Assembly (NCBI GenBank): GCA_963808625.1
Contig: CAWEHK010000016.1
Span: 1 to 41,146, forward strand
From: an uncultured delta proteobacterium
Lineage (GTDB): Bacteria > Desulfobacterota > Syntrophobacteria > Syntrophobacterales > Syntrophobacteraceae
DNA length: 41,146 nucleotides
Direction: 5' to 3'
In this document: positions 1-10,787 of the stretch, one piece after another
Position numbering within the stretch: the stretch's first letter is position 1
Layout of the letters: every line of letters begins with the position of its first letter
Position numbers and translations under genes: made by a program
The notes under the pieces: generated by a model
What the model was told of the DNA's origin: nothing
Database searches by the model: none
Seen by the model: only the letters and a program-made list of their open reading frames with translations

Positions 1-1314
1 CGGGGTCCTCGGGTTGGGGTTGGTCGATTTGTTCGATGAGGACTTTGTCCACGCGATGCCCGTCCATGTCGAGAATTTCAAAGCGCAGGCCGGAGCATTC
101 GAAGCGATCGCCGACAGATGGGATGCGCTTAAGGTGCGTCATCGCAAATCCCCCCAAGGTCTGGTAATGGCCTGCCTTTTCTTCCGGCAGCAGCTTAATG
201 TGGAACATTTCTTTCAACTCGTCCACCGGCAGCAAACCATCCACCAGCCATGAGCCGTCCTCACGCTGGACCACTTTCGGCTCTTCGCGCTGATCAACCG
301 AGGGCAAATCCCCCACCACCGCCTCCAAAATGTCCTTCAGGGTCACCAAACCCTCGATGGTGCCGTATTCATCGATGACCATCGCCATATCGGTGCCGGA
401 TTCTTTGAACATCTCCAGCACCTTGGGAACATGTATGGTTTCCAGTACAAACAGGGGTTGTTGCAGGGCGGCTCTCAAATCAAAGGGCCGTCCGGTCAGG
501 CTGCGAACGAGAAGGTCTCGCACATGCACAATGCCGAGGATATTGTTCAATCTGCCTTGGCAGACCGGAAAACGGGAGTGGATGCTCTTCGCGATGATGC
601 GGCGATGCTTTTCGGGAGGGTCATTGAGATCCAGCCAGATAACCCTTTTGCGTGGCGACATCAGCACACCGACCCGGCGGTCACCCAAACGGAAAACACG
701 CTCCACCATCTCCTGCTCGGCTTCCTCAAACACTCCGGCGACGGTGCCCTGGCTAATCAGCAGCTTGATTTCTTCCTCGGTGATCGGGGATTCGGGGAGG
801 GTTTCATGCCCACGACGCGCAGCACCAGGTCCGTCGAAGCGCTAAGAAATCTGACGGCCGGTGAGGCGATTCGGCTAAAAACCCATTGCAGGAGAAACAA
901 ACGAGCAATGCGCTCGGGATTGTCCAAAGCCAGACGCTTCGGCACGAGCTCGCCGATGAGCAGAGACAGGAAGCTGATGGCAAGCACGACCGTGCCCAAC
1001 GCGAGAGAGTGGCTATACGGTGCAAGCACTGGGATCAGACTCAGCCAGTCGGCCAGGTCGTTGGCGATCTTGAAGCCTCCGAAAACGCCGCTCAAGACCC
1101 CGATCAGCGTGATACCGACCTGCACGGTGGCGAGAAAAAGGTTCGGCGAATTAGCCAGTTTCAGCGCCGCTCTTGCCTTTTCATTTCCGGTTTCAGCCCA
1201 CTGCTGGAGACGCTCTTTCCGTGCCGAAATGACTGCAATTTCAGACATGGAGAGGGCCCCATTGACCAGAATGAGCACCAAAATAACCAGGATGTCCAGG
1301 CCTTGCGATAACAT
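1..1314 (-). CDS. Hemolysin family (HlyC/CorC, CNNM-CBS-CorC) transporter; frameshift near 790; runs off the left edge
   Basis: ORF 757..1314 gives the DUF21 start (VNGALSMSEIAVISARK...FLATVQVGITLIG...GELVPKRLA). A shifted frame continues with ITEEEIKLLISQG...HSRFPV...VIDEYGTIEGLVTLKDILEAVVGD...REDGSWLVDG...DMDGHRVDKVLI, with no stop before base 1. Confidence 0.9.
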
Positions 1315-1362
1315 ACTACGGTTTCCTCTGCTCTGAATAACGATGAGGCAGTGCCCGCAGAG

Positions 1363-2584
1363 TTACTCTTTGAGTGTGGATTTGACGATGATTTCCGAGT
1401 GCAGCGTTCGGTGCACCGGGCACCGGTCGGCAATTTCCAGGAGTTTTTGACGCTGCTCCGGGTCAAGAGGACCCTCGAGCTCGATTTCACGCTCGATGGT
1501 GTCAATCTTGCCGCTCTTGGTTTCGCACTGCTGGCAGTCCTCAGCATGGATCTTCCGGTGTTTCAGCCGGACCACACCGGATTCCAGAGGCCAATCTTTG
1601 CGGTCTGCGTACATCCGCAGGGTCATTGAGGTGCATGCTCCGAGGGCGGCCAGCAGGTAATCATAGGGGGTGGGACCGGTATCCGCACCTCCGACCGCGA
1701 TGGGTTCGTCAGCGATGAGTCGGTGGCCATCGGCGACAATTTCGGTCTGATAGCCCAGGCGGCCGGTACGCGTCATCACCCGGTTGTCCGCCGGATCTCT
1801 TCGAGGACTGGCGGGCAGCGGGAATTTCCAGGTATTTGCGCGCCCAGGCGGCCAGCACCGACCCCACGTAGAGTGAGTCCTCCCGGTTGGATAAGAGGTG
1901 GTCGGCGCGATCAAGGGAGATGAAGCTTTTCGGGTGCCGCGCCGCCTGGAAAATCTCCGCGGCATTCTCGATGCCGACGATGTTGTCCACTGGTGAATGA
2001 AAGAGGAGCAGGGCTTTGTTGAGGTCATGAATGGTTTCGTGCATGGAAACCAGTTCGAGGTCATTGAGGAATTGCTTCTTGACCCGGAAGGTCTTGCCGG
2101 CCAGGGTGATTTCCGCCTCTTCTCCGGTCGCGAGCGCATTTTGTTGCGGCTCAAGGTAACGCGCCAGGTGGGTGAGATTGGACGGGGCGCCAATGGTTGC
2201 AACGGCAATCGAGGAAGGAATGTATTTCGCCGCCTGCAGGACTGCCGCCCCGCCCAGGGAGTGGCCGATAAGCAGCTTGGGAGCGTCGAATTCCAGCTTG
2301 AGGAAATCCGCCGCGGCGATGAGGTCTGACACATTCGAGGAGAAACTGGTATGCGCGAAATCACCCTCACTTTCGCCCAGTCCCGTGAAATCGAACCTGA
2401 GGGTGGCAATTCCTTCCCTGGCGAGGGCCCGGTTAATATTGACCACGGCGTTGAGGTTCTTGGTACAGGTGAAGCAATGGGCAAAAACGGCGTAAGCCGA
2501 GGGCTTTTCATCGGTTGGCAAATCCAAACGAGCAGCCAGCTGTTCCCCCTTTTCATTCTTGAAAGACAGTTTCAAGAAATGCAT
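1363..2584 (-). CDS. Bifunctional alpha/beta hydrolase - OsmC family protein; frameshift near 1795
   Basis: N-part has [30 protein letters not shown] (ORF 1709..2584). The OsmC part in another frame has [31 protein letters not shown]...[10 protein letters not shown]. Confidence 0.9.
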
Positions 2585-2807
2585 TTCCTCCTCTCCCGTC
2601 GTTGTTCACACCGGTTTACGGTTCGTCGTTGCGCCGGAAAACGTGGTCCCCGGCAACCCAACTGTTGTGAGCTTTCCCTCAGGGCAGGCTAAAGGCCCTG
2701 CGCGGCCAGGTCTTCCGGCGACAAATTGAGAATAGTTCCACCTTCGAAATGATATCACACCGGCTGGGCTGGCGGATCAAAATAAGTGACCGGTGACAAA
2801 TACTCTC

Positions 2808-2837
2808 TTGACAGATAAAGAAATTTTTCACTACAAT
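2808..2837 (+). promoter_or_regulatory. Sigma70-type promoter of the cytochrome c3 gene
   Basis: TTGACA (2808-2813), 18-nt spacer, TACAAT (2832-2837), about 80 nt upstream of ATG 2915. Confidence 0.6.
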
Positions 2838-2914
2838 GGCGCCACGTGGACTTGTTTGGAGTTGGTGAAGGGTTGTGTTGAACGGTCAGTGTTGAAAGGA
2901 GGTTAGGAGAAGCG

Positions 2915-3352
2915 ATGAGAAGAGGAAAGTTGGTTTCATGTGGGATTTTAGTTGCCTTGGCAGTCTTTATGGCATCCTTTGTCGTGTTTGCCCAGCAAAA
3001 GGCGGCGGACACGATATCGATCAAGGCCTACCCCACCCCCACCAAAGCTGCGGTGGAATTGACTCACAAGAAGCATGCCGAAGATTACAAGATCGCATGC
3101 AGTGAATGCCATCACGTCTACAAGGATGGCAAGAACGTCTGGAAGGATTCGGACCCGGTAGACAAGTGCGGAAAGTGCCACACCAACATGGTGATCGACC
3201 AGGAGAAGAAGCTTCCCCCCGAAGAGCAGAAGCTGAATCTCAAATTGGCCTATCATAACAACTGTCAAGGCTGCCATGCGAAGCTGAAGAAGGAAAAGCC
3301 GGATACCAAGGCCCCGGTAACGTGCGCTCAATGCCATCCGGCGCAGAAGTAA
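2915..3352 (+). CDS. Periplasmic tetraheme cytochrome c3 (class III)
   Basis: Signal peptide, HKKH distal-ligand motif and four CxxCH motifs (CSECH, CGKCH, CQGCH, CAQCH). Lys-rich; AGGAG RBS. Confidence 0.92.
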   Translation: MRRGKLVSCGILVALAVFMASFVVFAQQKAADTISIKAYPTPTKAAVELTHKKHAEDYKIACSECHHVYKDGKNVWKDSDPVDKCGKCHTNMVIDQEKKLPPEEQKLNLKLAYHNNCQGCHAKLKKEKPDTKAPVTCAQCHPAQK

Positions 3353-3381
3353 CACCGTTAGCTTATCAGGCCTGTTCACCG

Positions 3382-3416
3382 AACCCGCCACGTAAAACTG
3401 GCGGGTTTTCTTTCTC
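3382..3416 (+). terminator. Rho-independent terminator after cytochrome c3
   Basis: AACCCGCCA, 8-nt loop, TGGCGGGTT, followed by TTCTTTCT. Confidence 0.75.
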
Positions 3417-3537
3417 GAGGTCCGGGTGGTGATTGGGGTGAATCGGGATAAATGCGGTGGCCGGGGCCAAAAAGGAACGAGCCACCCATGCTGTGGGCAC
3501 GAGCGGCTCGTCTGTAGACGGGAAAACTAAGCGCGAA

Positions 3538-3723
3538 CTAGACTTCTTCTATGGTGATCGCATTCTGTTCGCAAACCTCGACGCAGCTTTCGCATCCGAG
3601 GCACTCTTCTTCGTTCACGGGGTCTGCCTTACCGTCGACCAGTTCATAAACATCCACGGGGCATACATCGACACATTCAGCATCGCCAGTGCACTTGTCC
3701 TTGTCTACCGTAACTTTCCACAT
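3538..3723 (-). CDS. fdx: Dicluster ferredoxin, 61 aa (CxxDxxCxxxCP plus CxxCxxCxxxC; 7Fe/8Fe type)
   Basis: MWKVTVDKDKCTGDAECVDVCP...CLGCESCVEVCE. GGAGG RBS precedes ATG 3723. Confidence 0.92.
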   Translation of the reverse strand: MWKVTVDKDKCTGDAECVDVCPVDVYELVDGKADPVNEEECLGCESCVEVCEQNAITIEEV

Positions 3724-3977
3724 CTTCTTTTTCCTCCATTCACTTGAAACTAAAATAGCTTTTCGAGCATGGCTCAACGAGGGGGATTTAGTCTCTTCGC
3801 CCAGCTAGTCTCGCTCGGGACCGATCCTTCCTATCCTCTTCTCAGATGAATGTCAAGTCGAATTCGGAAGGTTTTTTTTGCATTTTTTGAACACGGTGAT
3901 CCGAATAGTTCGATGCTGAGCCCGTGCCGCGGTCCGCCGGTCTGATGGCCGGGAGTGCAGGGAGGGCGTTGGTGCGC

Positions 3978-4023
3978 AAAACGGCCCCAGGTAAAGGTGT
4001 TCCCTTGGCCTGAGGCCGCTTTT
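3978..4023 (-). terminator. Hairpin/terminator after dsrC
   Basis: AAAACGGCCCCAGG...CCTGAGGCCGCTTTT imperfect inverted repeat with A/T tails, 20 nt past the dsrC stop. Confidence 0.6.
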
Positions 4024-4042
4024 GTGGGAAGGGGGGTGACGA

Positions 4043-4360
4043 CTAGACGCAACCGGTCGGCTTGGGAAGTCCTGCCATCTTGCAGGCGCCTTTCCCTGGT
4101 CCGGAGGGGAACAGCTCATAAATGTATTTGAGCTTGTAGCCCGTCACTTTGGTGAGAATGCGGACCATGGGAGCGATTCCATGCTTACGGTAGTAATCCT
4201 GAAGCACATTGATGATCTTCCAGTGCTCTTCGGTGAGCTCCTTGATGCCTTCGGAGGTCTTCACGTATTCAACCCACTCCGGAGCCCAGGTGTCAAAACT
4301 GGCGATGAAACCATCCTCATCCACTTCGAAACTCTTTCCCTGAAATTCAATTTGTGCCAT
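4043..4360 (-). CDS. dsrC: DsrC sulfur-carrier protein
   Basis: VDEDGF...LFPSGPGKGACKMAGLPKPTGCV; both C-terminal cysteines (C-x10-C) are present. Confidence 0.97.
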   Translation of the reverse strand: MAQIEFQGKSFEVDEDGFIASFDTWAPEWVEYVKTSEGIKELTEEHWKIINVLQDYYRKHGIAPMVRILTKVTGYKLKYIYELFPSGPGKGACKMAGLPKPTGCV

Positions 4361-4375
4361 GAATATTTCCTCCTT

Positions 4376-5846
4376 CTACATTGCTGTTGAATATTTGGTG
4401 GTTCCCACCATACTCCGAATGGGAACGACCCGACCATCCACAGGCTCACCCGACCGCTCCCGGCGGAACGACCGAGCCTTTCGGACCATCGCATCGGCCC
4501 AATCCGCGTTTCCTACTGCATGGATGTGAGAGTAATTTGCCAGGGTGTTTTTATAGCATATCCCGTCCCATCCGGCCACTATTCCGTGCCCCTTTCGCAA
4601 GCGAAAAACGAAGGGGAAAGCCGGATCACTGCCAACGATTCGTGAGTAATGGAATTCGTGCCCTTTCAGAGCGACGCCCTCGGCAAAAAAAGGGTTTTCA
4701 CTCACGCATTCCATAAGGGTGTATCCGTGTCCTTGCGGCTTCTTCTCCAGCACCACATCAAACGGAAACAGACCCGTCATCGGAAAGAAACTCTCCGCTC
4801 GGTAGATTCCTCGACAGAGAAACATCAAGCCACCGCACTCGGCATAAACCGGTAAACCCCTCTCGATCTCATCTTTAAGGGATTCCCGAAAAACCGAATT
4901 CCCGGCCAACACTTCCAGGTGAGTTTCCGGGAAGCCTCCGCCAATATAAAGAGCATCAAGGGGAGGCAGAGGGCGCGAGGCAAAGCTCGAGATTTCCTTA
5001 ATGATTGCCCCGCGTTCCTCCAGGGCCTCGAGGTTTTCCGGGTAATAGAACTGAAAAGCTGCGTCGCGGATAACGCCGATTACGACCGGTTCGGCCGCTT
5101 CCAGGCGCCGTTGCGTCGCTGCTTGAGCCCGTGGCCATCCCAGTGGTTTTGCGGTTTTCGCCACGCGCCAAAGCGCCTCGAGGTCCACGTGCCTGTTCAT
5201 CTGCTCTGTCGCTAACGCGAGAGCTCCCGAAATGTTATCCGACTCCTGAGGCGGTACCAGCCCCAGATGACGTTCGGGGAAAAGGTTCCGCTCCTGTCGT
5301 GGAATGACCCCAAGTACAGGGACCTTGCAGTAATGCTCGATGGCTCCTTTAAGCACCTGCTCATGGCGCTTCCCTGAAACCGAGGTTGAGAAGCACCCCG
5401 GCGATTTCCACGTCGGGATCAAAGTGAATACACCCGAGGACCTGCGCGGCCGCAGTGCGAGTAACCTTCGTTGCATCGACAATGAGGATGACCGGTGCCC
5501 GGAGAAGCTTGGCAAGCTCGGCAGTGGAAAAGCTGCCTCGGATGTCAACGCCGTCGTAGAGACCCCGGTTGCCCTCAATCACGCTGACGTCACCGGTGTT
5601 CGAGCGCTGCACAAAGGAGCACAGCATCTCTTCGGCCGTCATGAGAAACGGGTCCAGGTTGTAGCACGGTTGATCGGCAGCCATTGCCAGCCAGCCTGAA
5701 TCGATATAATCCGGTCCTTTCTTGAACGGGACCACTCGCAGCCCGTGATAACGCCGCCATGCTGCCAGCAGGCCAAGGGATATCAGGGTCTTGCCGGCGC
5801 CGCCACGCAATGCCGCAATCACGAGACGCGGTTTTTGAAACACCAT
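4376..5846 (-). CDS. dsrN: DsrN siroheme amidase (CbiA/CobB family); frameshift near 5381
   Basis: GGAGKT, FKKGPDYID and IEGNRGLYDG in ORF 5361..5846; ERHLGL, AFQFYY, GGGFPE, YAECGG and GHEFHYS in ORF 4376..5578. Lies between dsrB and dsrC. Confidence 0.92.
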
Positions 5847-5903
5847 GAAAGCTCTTCCGGAAAAGGCGCCGGAAAAATCCTGCTCCGGCGCCCGGGTTAA
5901 CGC

Positions 5904-7004
5904 CTAGAATTTGAATTGAGTCGTGGTTCTCCACGTGGTCATAGCCAAGCGGTAGTCATCGATATGCTCATGCTTGAATTCCAGACCGGTTCTCTCGAAG
6001 AAACGCTCCCAGCCAATGCGGTTGATCCAGTCCCCGATCCGCTCATAGCGGCGGCCACCGGCAGCATAGGCCTCAACGATCTTCTTGATCGTGTCCACCG
6101 TCGTCGGCCAGCGCGGCGGCTCATTGGGAATGAACGGCACTGCCAGCTTGGAGAACATGGGCTGCGAGATCACATTGGAAACCTTGCCGCCCACCCACAG
6201 GGCAATTCCGTCCCCTTCGCCGTCGGCAAGGGGCAGGGCCGGGCACATGGTGTAGCAGTTTCCACAGAACATGCACCGGCTGTTGTTGATCTCAACACTC
6301 TTCAGCTCACCAACCTTTTTGGGCTTGATGGCGGCCGTCGGGCATGCGGCGATGACCAGCGGGATCTCACACACATTCTGCACACGGTCGTTTTCCACGA
6401 GCGGAGGCTTCCGGTGCACACCCAGAATAGCAATGTCCGAACAGTGCACGGCGCCGCACATGTTGAGGCAGCAGGCCAGGGCGATGCGGACCTGGGCGGG
6501 GAGTTTGTGCGACCCGAAGTAATCGAAAAGCTCATCCATTACTGCTTTTACGACGCCGGAGGCATCGATTGCAGGGGTGTGGCAGTGTGCCCAACCCTGG
6601 GTGTGGACGATGTTGGTAACACCGGTGCCCGTTCCGCCAACCGGAAACCAGTTGCCACGGCCCTTGAGGTCATTCAGGAGTGGCTGCAACTTGGCTTTGT
6701 CGCTCACCAGAAATTCGACGTTGTTGCGGGTGGTCCAGCGCAGATAGCCGTCACAATACTTATCGGCGATATCGCACATTTCCCTGATCAGCTCGACACT
6801 GATCAAGCGCGCCGATCCGATACGCACGGAATAGAGCTCCGCTCCGGTTTCCGAAACATGGACCAGGACTCCGGGTTGAAGAATTTCGTGGTACTTCCAT
6901 TTCCCGTAGTTTTCCTTCACCACGGGGGGGAAGAACTTATCGTACTTCGGCGGACCGATATCGGTGATGCGATCTTTCATGAGTTCATTTGGATCAAAAG
7001 CCAT
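5904..7004 (-). CDS. dsrB: Dissimilatory sulfite reductase beta subunit
   Basis: [61 protein letters not shown]. Confidence 0.99.
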   Translation of the reverse strand: MAFDPNELMKDRITDIGPPKYDKFFPPVVKENYGKWKYHEILQPGVLVHVSETGAELYSVRIGSARLISVELIREMCDIADKYCDGYLRWTTRNNVEFLVSDKAKLQPLLNDLKGRGNWFPVGGTGTGVTNIVHTQGWAHCHTPAIDASGVVKAVMDELFDYFGSHKLPAQVRIALACCLNMCGAVHCSDIAILGVHRKPPLVENDRVQNVCEIPLVIAACPTAAIKPKKVGELKSVEINNSRCMFCGNCYTMCPALPLADGEGDGIALWVGGKVSNVISQPMFSKLAVPFIPNEPPRWPTTVDTIKKIVEAYAAGGRRYERIGDWINRIGWERFFERTGLEFKHEHIDDYRLAMTTWRTTTQFKF

Positions 7005-7015
7005 CGTTTTATCTC

Positions 7016-8290
7016 CTAAGCTTGGTGTCGTTCACGGTAAGCTTTGCCGTCATGTTCCCAACCACCGGGGACTTCCGCGGGATCGTAGAAGATGTAGGGA
7101 TTGTAGCGTGGAGTATTGACCATGCGTGGATCGGGAGTGAGCTCGCAGGCCTTCAGGAACTCACGGAGACCGATGCGTTGAATCATCTCACCCAGGCGCT
7201 CCCGGTTCTTTCCTTCTTCCATCCAGAGGTCCCACATTTTTTCCACAAATTCCTTGAACTCGGTATAGGGTGGTTCCATCTTCAGGAACGGAATGACCAC
7301 GCTGGAAAGCTGCGCCCCTTCGAGGATAGGTGCCTTCGCGCCAACAAGAATGGTGGCCCCGGTGTCTAAGCCCGGTCGCAAAGCTCGTGGCATGACTCGG
7401 ATACAATGCATACAGCGCGTGCAGTCCTCATCCCAGATCTTGAGGCTCTTACCATCCCATTCCATGCACTTAGTCGGGCACAAATCGATGACTTCAGCCT
7501 TGATGTCGAAAGCTTCTCTCTTGGCGCTCTGAGCCCCGGCGTGCGGGACGAACTCGCCGCCCACGTAGGCTCGCACCGCTTCCTGGTCGATGCGGACATT
7601 GTCTCGCCAGGTCCCGATGATAGAGCAGTCGGAACGTGCAATGGCCGCCACACAGTCGCACGGACAACCGGATGATTTGAACTTGAACTTATAAGGAAAC
7701 ATCGGGCGGTGGAGGGCATCTTGATACTCTTGGGTGAGATTATAAATGATATCTTGAGTATCAATACAGGACCATTCACAGCGTGCCTTGCCGATGCAAC
7801 CCTCCGGAGTTCTTAGATTGGAGCCCGAACCGCCCAGATCCATCTCCAGTTCATGAGTCAGTTCATAGAAAATGGGTTCCAGTTGGTCCGTGGTGGTCCC
7901 TAAAAGGACGATGTCACCCGTGGACCCATGCATATTGGTGAGTCCGCTGCCTCGCGCTTCCCAGATGTCGCAGAGTTTGCGCAATACTTCAGAATTGTAG
8001 AACTTGCTCGCGGGCTGATTCACACGCATGGTATGGAAATGCGCCACATTGGGAAAAAGGTCCGGGCGGTCGCAGTAACGGCCGATAACGCCTCCACCAT
8101 ACCCGAAGACACCCACAATACCGCCATGCTTCCAATGTCCTTCCTTGTCCCGGAAGGACATTTCCATCAGACCCAGCCAGTCTTCGCACACGGTTTTCTT
8201 CTGTGCCATTCTCTTGACATCGGTCACAAAACTGGGCCAAGGCCCCTTTTCCAATTCATCAAGCATAGGAGTCGCATGCTTTTGTGTCAT
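7016..8290 (-). CDS. dsrA: Dissimilatory sulfite reductase alpha subunit
   Basis: [58 protein letters not shown]. Start placed at 8290 (GGAGG 8 nt upstream) rather than 8305. Confidence 0.99.
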   Translation of the reverse strand: MTQKHATPMLDELEKGPWPSFVTDVKRMAQKKTVCEDWLGLMEMSFRDKEGHWKHGGIVGVFGYGGGVIGRYCDRPDLFPNVAHFHTMRVNQPASKFYNSEVLRKLCDIWEARGSGLTNMHGSTGDIVLLGTTTDQLEPIFYELTHELEMDLGGSGSNLRTPEGCIGKARCEWSCIDTQDIIYNLTQEYQDALHRPMFPYKFKFKSSGCPCDCVAAIARSDCSIIGTWRDNVRIDQEAVRAYVGGEFVPHAGAQSAKREAFDIKAEVIDLCPTKCMEWDGKSLKIWDEDCTRCMHCIRVMPRALRPGLDTGATILVGAKAPILEGAQLSSVVIPFLKMEPPYTEFKEFVEKMWDLWMEEGKNRERLGEMIQRIGLREFLKACELTPDPRMVNTPRYNPYIFYDPAEVPGGWEHDGKAYRERHQA

Positions 8291-8522
8291 TCCATAAACC
8301 TCCATAGGCCAATTTCTTGCTTTTGGGTTACCAGGATTTACGCTGGTCTCTTAGACAGGGACTTGCACAAGCTTTTTGACTTCACCTCCTTTTTCCATGG
8401 TGTAAAAATCCAGCCCGGAATAATCCTCATTAAATGCGCATTGGTCGAAGTGCAGAATGATCAGAGATCAGACGGAGATCATGGCAGGGAGCAGGGAGCG
8501 GGAACCTCGGCAGGCTTGAATA

Positions 8523-8759
8523 CTAGTTCATGCCTTTTTCTTCTTTGGTAACATCATCCTCTGAGGGGAGCATGTACATGGTCGTGCTACCACTCGACCA
8601 ATACTTCAATTTGCCTTCGTTGACCAGTTCGTTGATGACCTTCTTCGCTTGCATCATCTTGATTTCAGGAACAGCCTTGCACAAGTCGTTGAAGTAGTGC
8701 TTGGTCTTCTTCTGCTGTTTAACCCATTCAATAATACGCTGTTTAGCCTCCTCACTCAT
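8523..8759 (-). CDS. dsrD: DsrD (winged-helix DsrAB activator)
   Basis: 78 aa: KTKHYFNDL...KKVINELVNEGKLKYWSSGSTTMY signature; GGAGG RBS. Confidence 0.95.
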   Translation of the reverse strand: MSEEAKQRIIEWVKQQKKTKHYFNDLCKAVPEIKMMQAKKVINELVNEGKLKYWSSGSTTMYMLPSEDDVTKEEKGMN

Positions 8760-8998
8760 GGTAACCTCCTCTGGAGAATTCACTATACGTTAAGGCAAAA
8801 TGGTCTTGCACCTTGTAAAACCTTGAAAAATTTTACCTGCGGTAAGATTCAGAGACTTCCATTAAAGCCTTCTCAAATCTTTGTCAATAGAAAAGTCCCG
8901 TAATAATTCTTGAGAAAACGATCACATAACCCGGGCCATCAACCTTGCCCGGCCTTGACACCATTCCTTGGCATGGTTAAGAAGCACTGCTTTGATGT

Positions 8999-9036
8999 GG
9001 GTGTTGGGTGTTGGGTGTTGGGTGTTGAGTGTTGAG
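8999..9036. repeat. Heptanucleotide tandem repeat (GGGTGTT)4 GAGTGTT
   Basis: Four exact copies and one variant, read directly, in the dsrD/TPR intergenic region. Confidence 0.9.
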
Positions 9037-9286
9037 GGACGAGGACCGGGTAACGGCGGGTGAACAGGGCCGGTCGATGTCGCGAAGCCGCCGGCATCGC
9101 CTGCGGGCCTGTCAGGGCGGAGAAATCGTAACTTTTCAATAAACTCTGGTACACAAGGCACCCTGGCGGTCCCAGATCAACCCGCATGCTTCGGGCGGGA
9201 ATTCAGAGTTTGCAGAAGGGGCCGCTTTCCCGCTTTTTTGAAAAGCTACGAAAAATCAGCTTAATTTTGCGAAAGGAGAGCAGAAA

Positions 9287-9934
9287 TTGGTCACGAAAGC
9301 GGACGCCAATGTCGATCAGAAGTTAAACTTGTACATTAAGTTCCTCAAAGAGAGATTATTCTTTGAACCGCTCTCCGCTACGCTTCATTACAATCTCGCC
9401 CTGGCCTACAGTCAAAAAGGACAGGTTGACGAAGCGCTTTCCGAATTCAAGCAGGCCTTGGAGTGCGATCCAAACCTTGCGCAGGCCCATGTCAACATGG
9501 GTGGGCTTTTTTTCAAAAAAGGCGATTTGGATCAGTGCATTGAGGCCAATCTCAAGGCCCTTTCCCTCGACCCCAACCTGCCCATGGCCCATAGCAATCT
9601 CGGGCTTGCCTACCTGACCCGGGGAGACTGGCGGGAAGCGATCGCATGCAGCGAGAGGGCGATTGCAATGATGCCCAACCTGATTCAGGCCCATAACAAC
9701 CTGGCTCTCGCTTACCTCCAGGCGGGTCGGGCCGAAGCAAGCATCGCCGCTTCCCTGAAGGTCCTGAGTCTCAATGAAAACTTCCCGTCAGCACACTATA
9801 ACCTCTCGGTGGCCCTGCAGATGGCAGGCAGGATGGAAGAAGCCGGAGAGCATTTCGAACGAGCGAAGCTGCTGGGTTATCCCGTTGACGAAGCCGCCCA
9901 AAGCCGGCTTCGAGAGACGCCCGCACCCGAGTAG
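9287..9934 (+). CDS. Tetratricopeptide-repeat protein (dsr-linked)
   Basis: Repeated units HYNLALAY/HVNMGGLF/HSNLGLAY/HNNLALAY/HYNLSVAL spaced about 34 aa apart. TTG start after AGGAG. Confidence 0.9.
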   Translation: MVTKADANVDQKLNLYIKFLKERLFFEPLSATLHYNLALAYSQKGQVDEALSEFKQALECDPNLAQAHVNMGGLFFKKGDLDQCIEANLKALSLDPNLPMAHSNLGLAYLTRGDWREAIACSERAIAMMPNLIQAHNNLALAYLQAGRAEASIAASLKVLSLNENFPSAHYNLSVALQMAGRMEEAGEHFERAKLLGYPVDEAAQSRLRETPAPE

Positions 9935-10069
9935 AGCGGATCAGGCAGCGCTTCCCATTCGGCCCCTCCAAAACCTTTTGCCTTCTTTTGTCTGCGCGCG
10001 TTTAAATAGGGCTTGAGAGCGTCACCTGACTCATCCGGTTTTGTTCTTTATTACGGAGGAGGAACCACC

Positions 10070-10762
10070 ATGGTAAATGGCACAACCTCGGCGGCCCAGG
10101 CGCTTGTGGAGACCATCCACGATGTGCTGTCCGGTGTCGAACAACAGATTCGCCGGCACGCGTATCTGCAAGCCCTCGAGGAGGGCAGCATTGCGCCCGC
10201 CCGGCTGCGATGCTTTGTTGGCGAGCAGTGCCACATCATCCCCGGGGATTTGCGCAGCATTGCGCTTCTTATCTCGCGCTGTGAACAGCCGGCCGGTCAG
10301 CAGTTCTTTCGCGATGTGCTGCAAGGCGAAGCGGCGGCGCTGGACGGCCTGGAGGTGTTGGCCGCGGCGGTGGGGATGTCGCCGGCCGCTTGTGCGGAAT
10401 ACGAGCCGGCGCCCGGCGCCCAGGCTTACAGCGCCTACCTGGCCTATTTATGTCTCTACGGCACCGACGCCGAAGTTGCCGCCGCCTTGTCGGTAAACTT
10501 TGCTGCCTGGGGGGCCAATTGCGGCCGTATGGCGCAGGCCTTGCGCCAGCGCTATGACATGCAGGAGGCCGACTTGCGGTTCTTCACCCAGTTCGCCGCG
10601 GCGCCGCCCGAGGTCAGCCCGCAGGCCCTGGCACTGATCAGCGCCGGCCTGCAAAGGGGCGTTGAGCCCCACCGCATCGTGCGGGCTGCCAGGATGCTCC
10701 AGGGGTATGAACTGCTGTTTTGGGACACGGTCTATGCCCTGAGCACGGCCGCGGTGGAATGA
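10070..10762 (+). CDS. TenA/PqqC (heme-oxygenase-like) family protein without the catalytic Cys (TenA_E-like)
   Basis: HAYLQALEEG...FVGEQ..I..DLRS, AQAYSAYL, VNFAAWG, YELLFWD. GGAGGAGG RBS before ATG 10070. Confidence 0.75.
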   Translation: MVNGTTSAAQALVETIHDVLSGVEQQIRRHAYLQALEEGSIAPARLRCFVGEQCHIIPGDLRSIALLISRCEQPAGQQFFRDVLQGEAAALDGLEVLAAAVGMSPAACAEYEPAPGAQAYSAYLAYLCLYGTDAEVAAALSVNFAAWGANCGRMAQALRQRYDMQEADLRFFTQFAAAPPEVSPQALALISAGLQRGVEPHRIVRAARMLQGYELLFWDTVYALSTAAVE

Positions 10763-10787
10763 CCACCGTCGCCAAAGGAGGATCACC

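Noticed and set aside
1800..2556. N-terminal part of the 397-aa ORF 1363..2556
   Set aside because: Off-frame reading of the hydrolase domain; only the OsmC part is real.
5916..7019. 367-aa plus-strand ORF (likewise 12191..13498, 19669..21165, 21174..23066 and 31961..33214)
   Set aside because: Antisense shadows of well-supported minus-strand genes in GC-rich DNA; no recognisable motifs.
8351..8398. 15-aa ORF (MEKGGEVKKLVQVPV) containing a perfect AAGGAGGTGA in the dsrD-dsrA gap
   Set aside because: It has no RBS of its own and no well-spaced start after the SD-like motif; a leader peptide cannot be supported without conservation data.
9935..10069. TPP riboswitch upstream of the tenA pair
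   Set aside because: The conserved CUGAGA and ACCUGAU...AGCG.AGGGA elements are not present in the proper arrangement.
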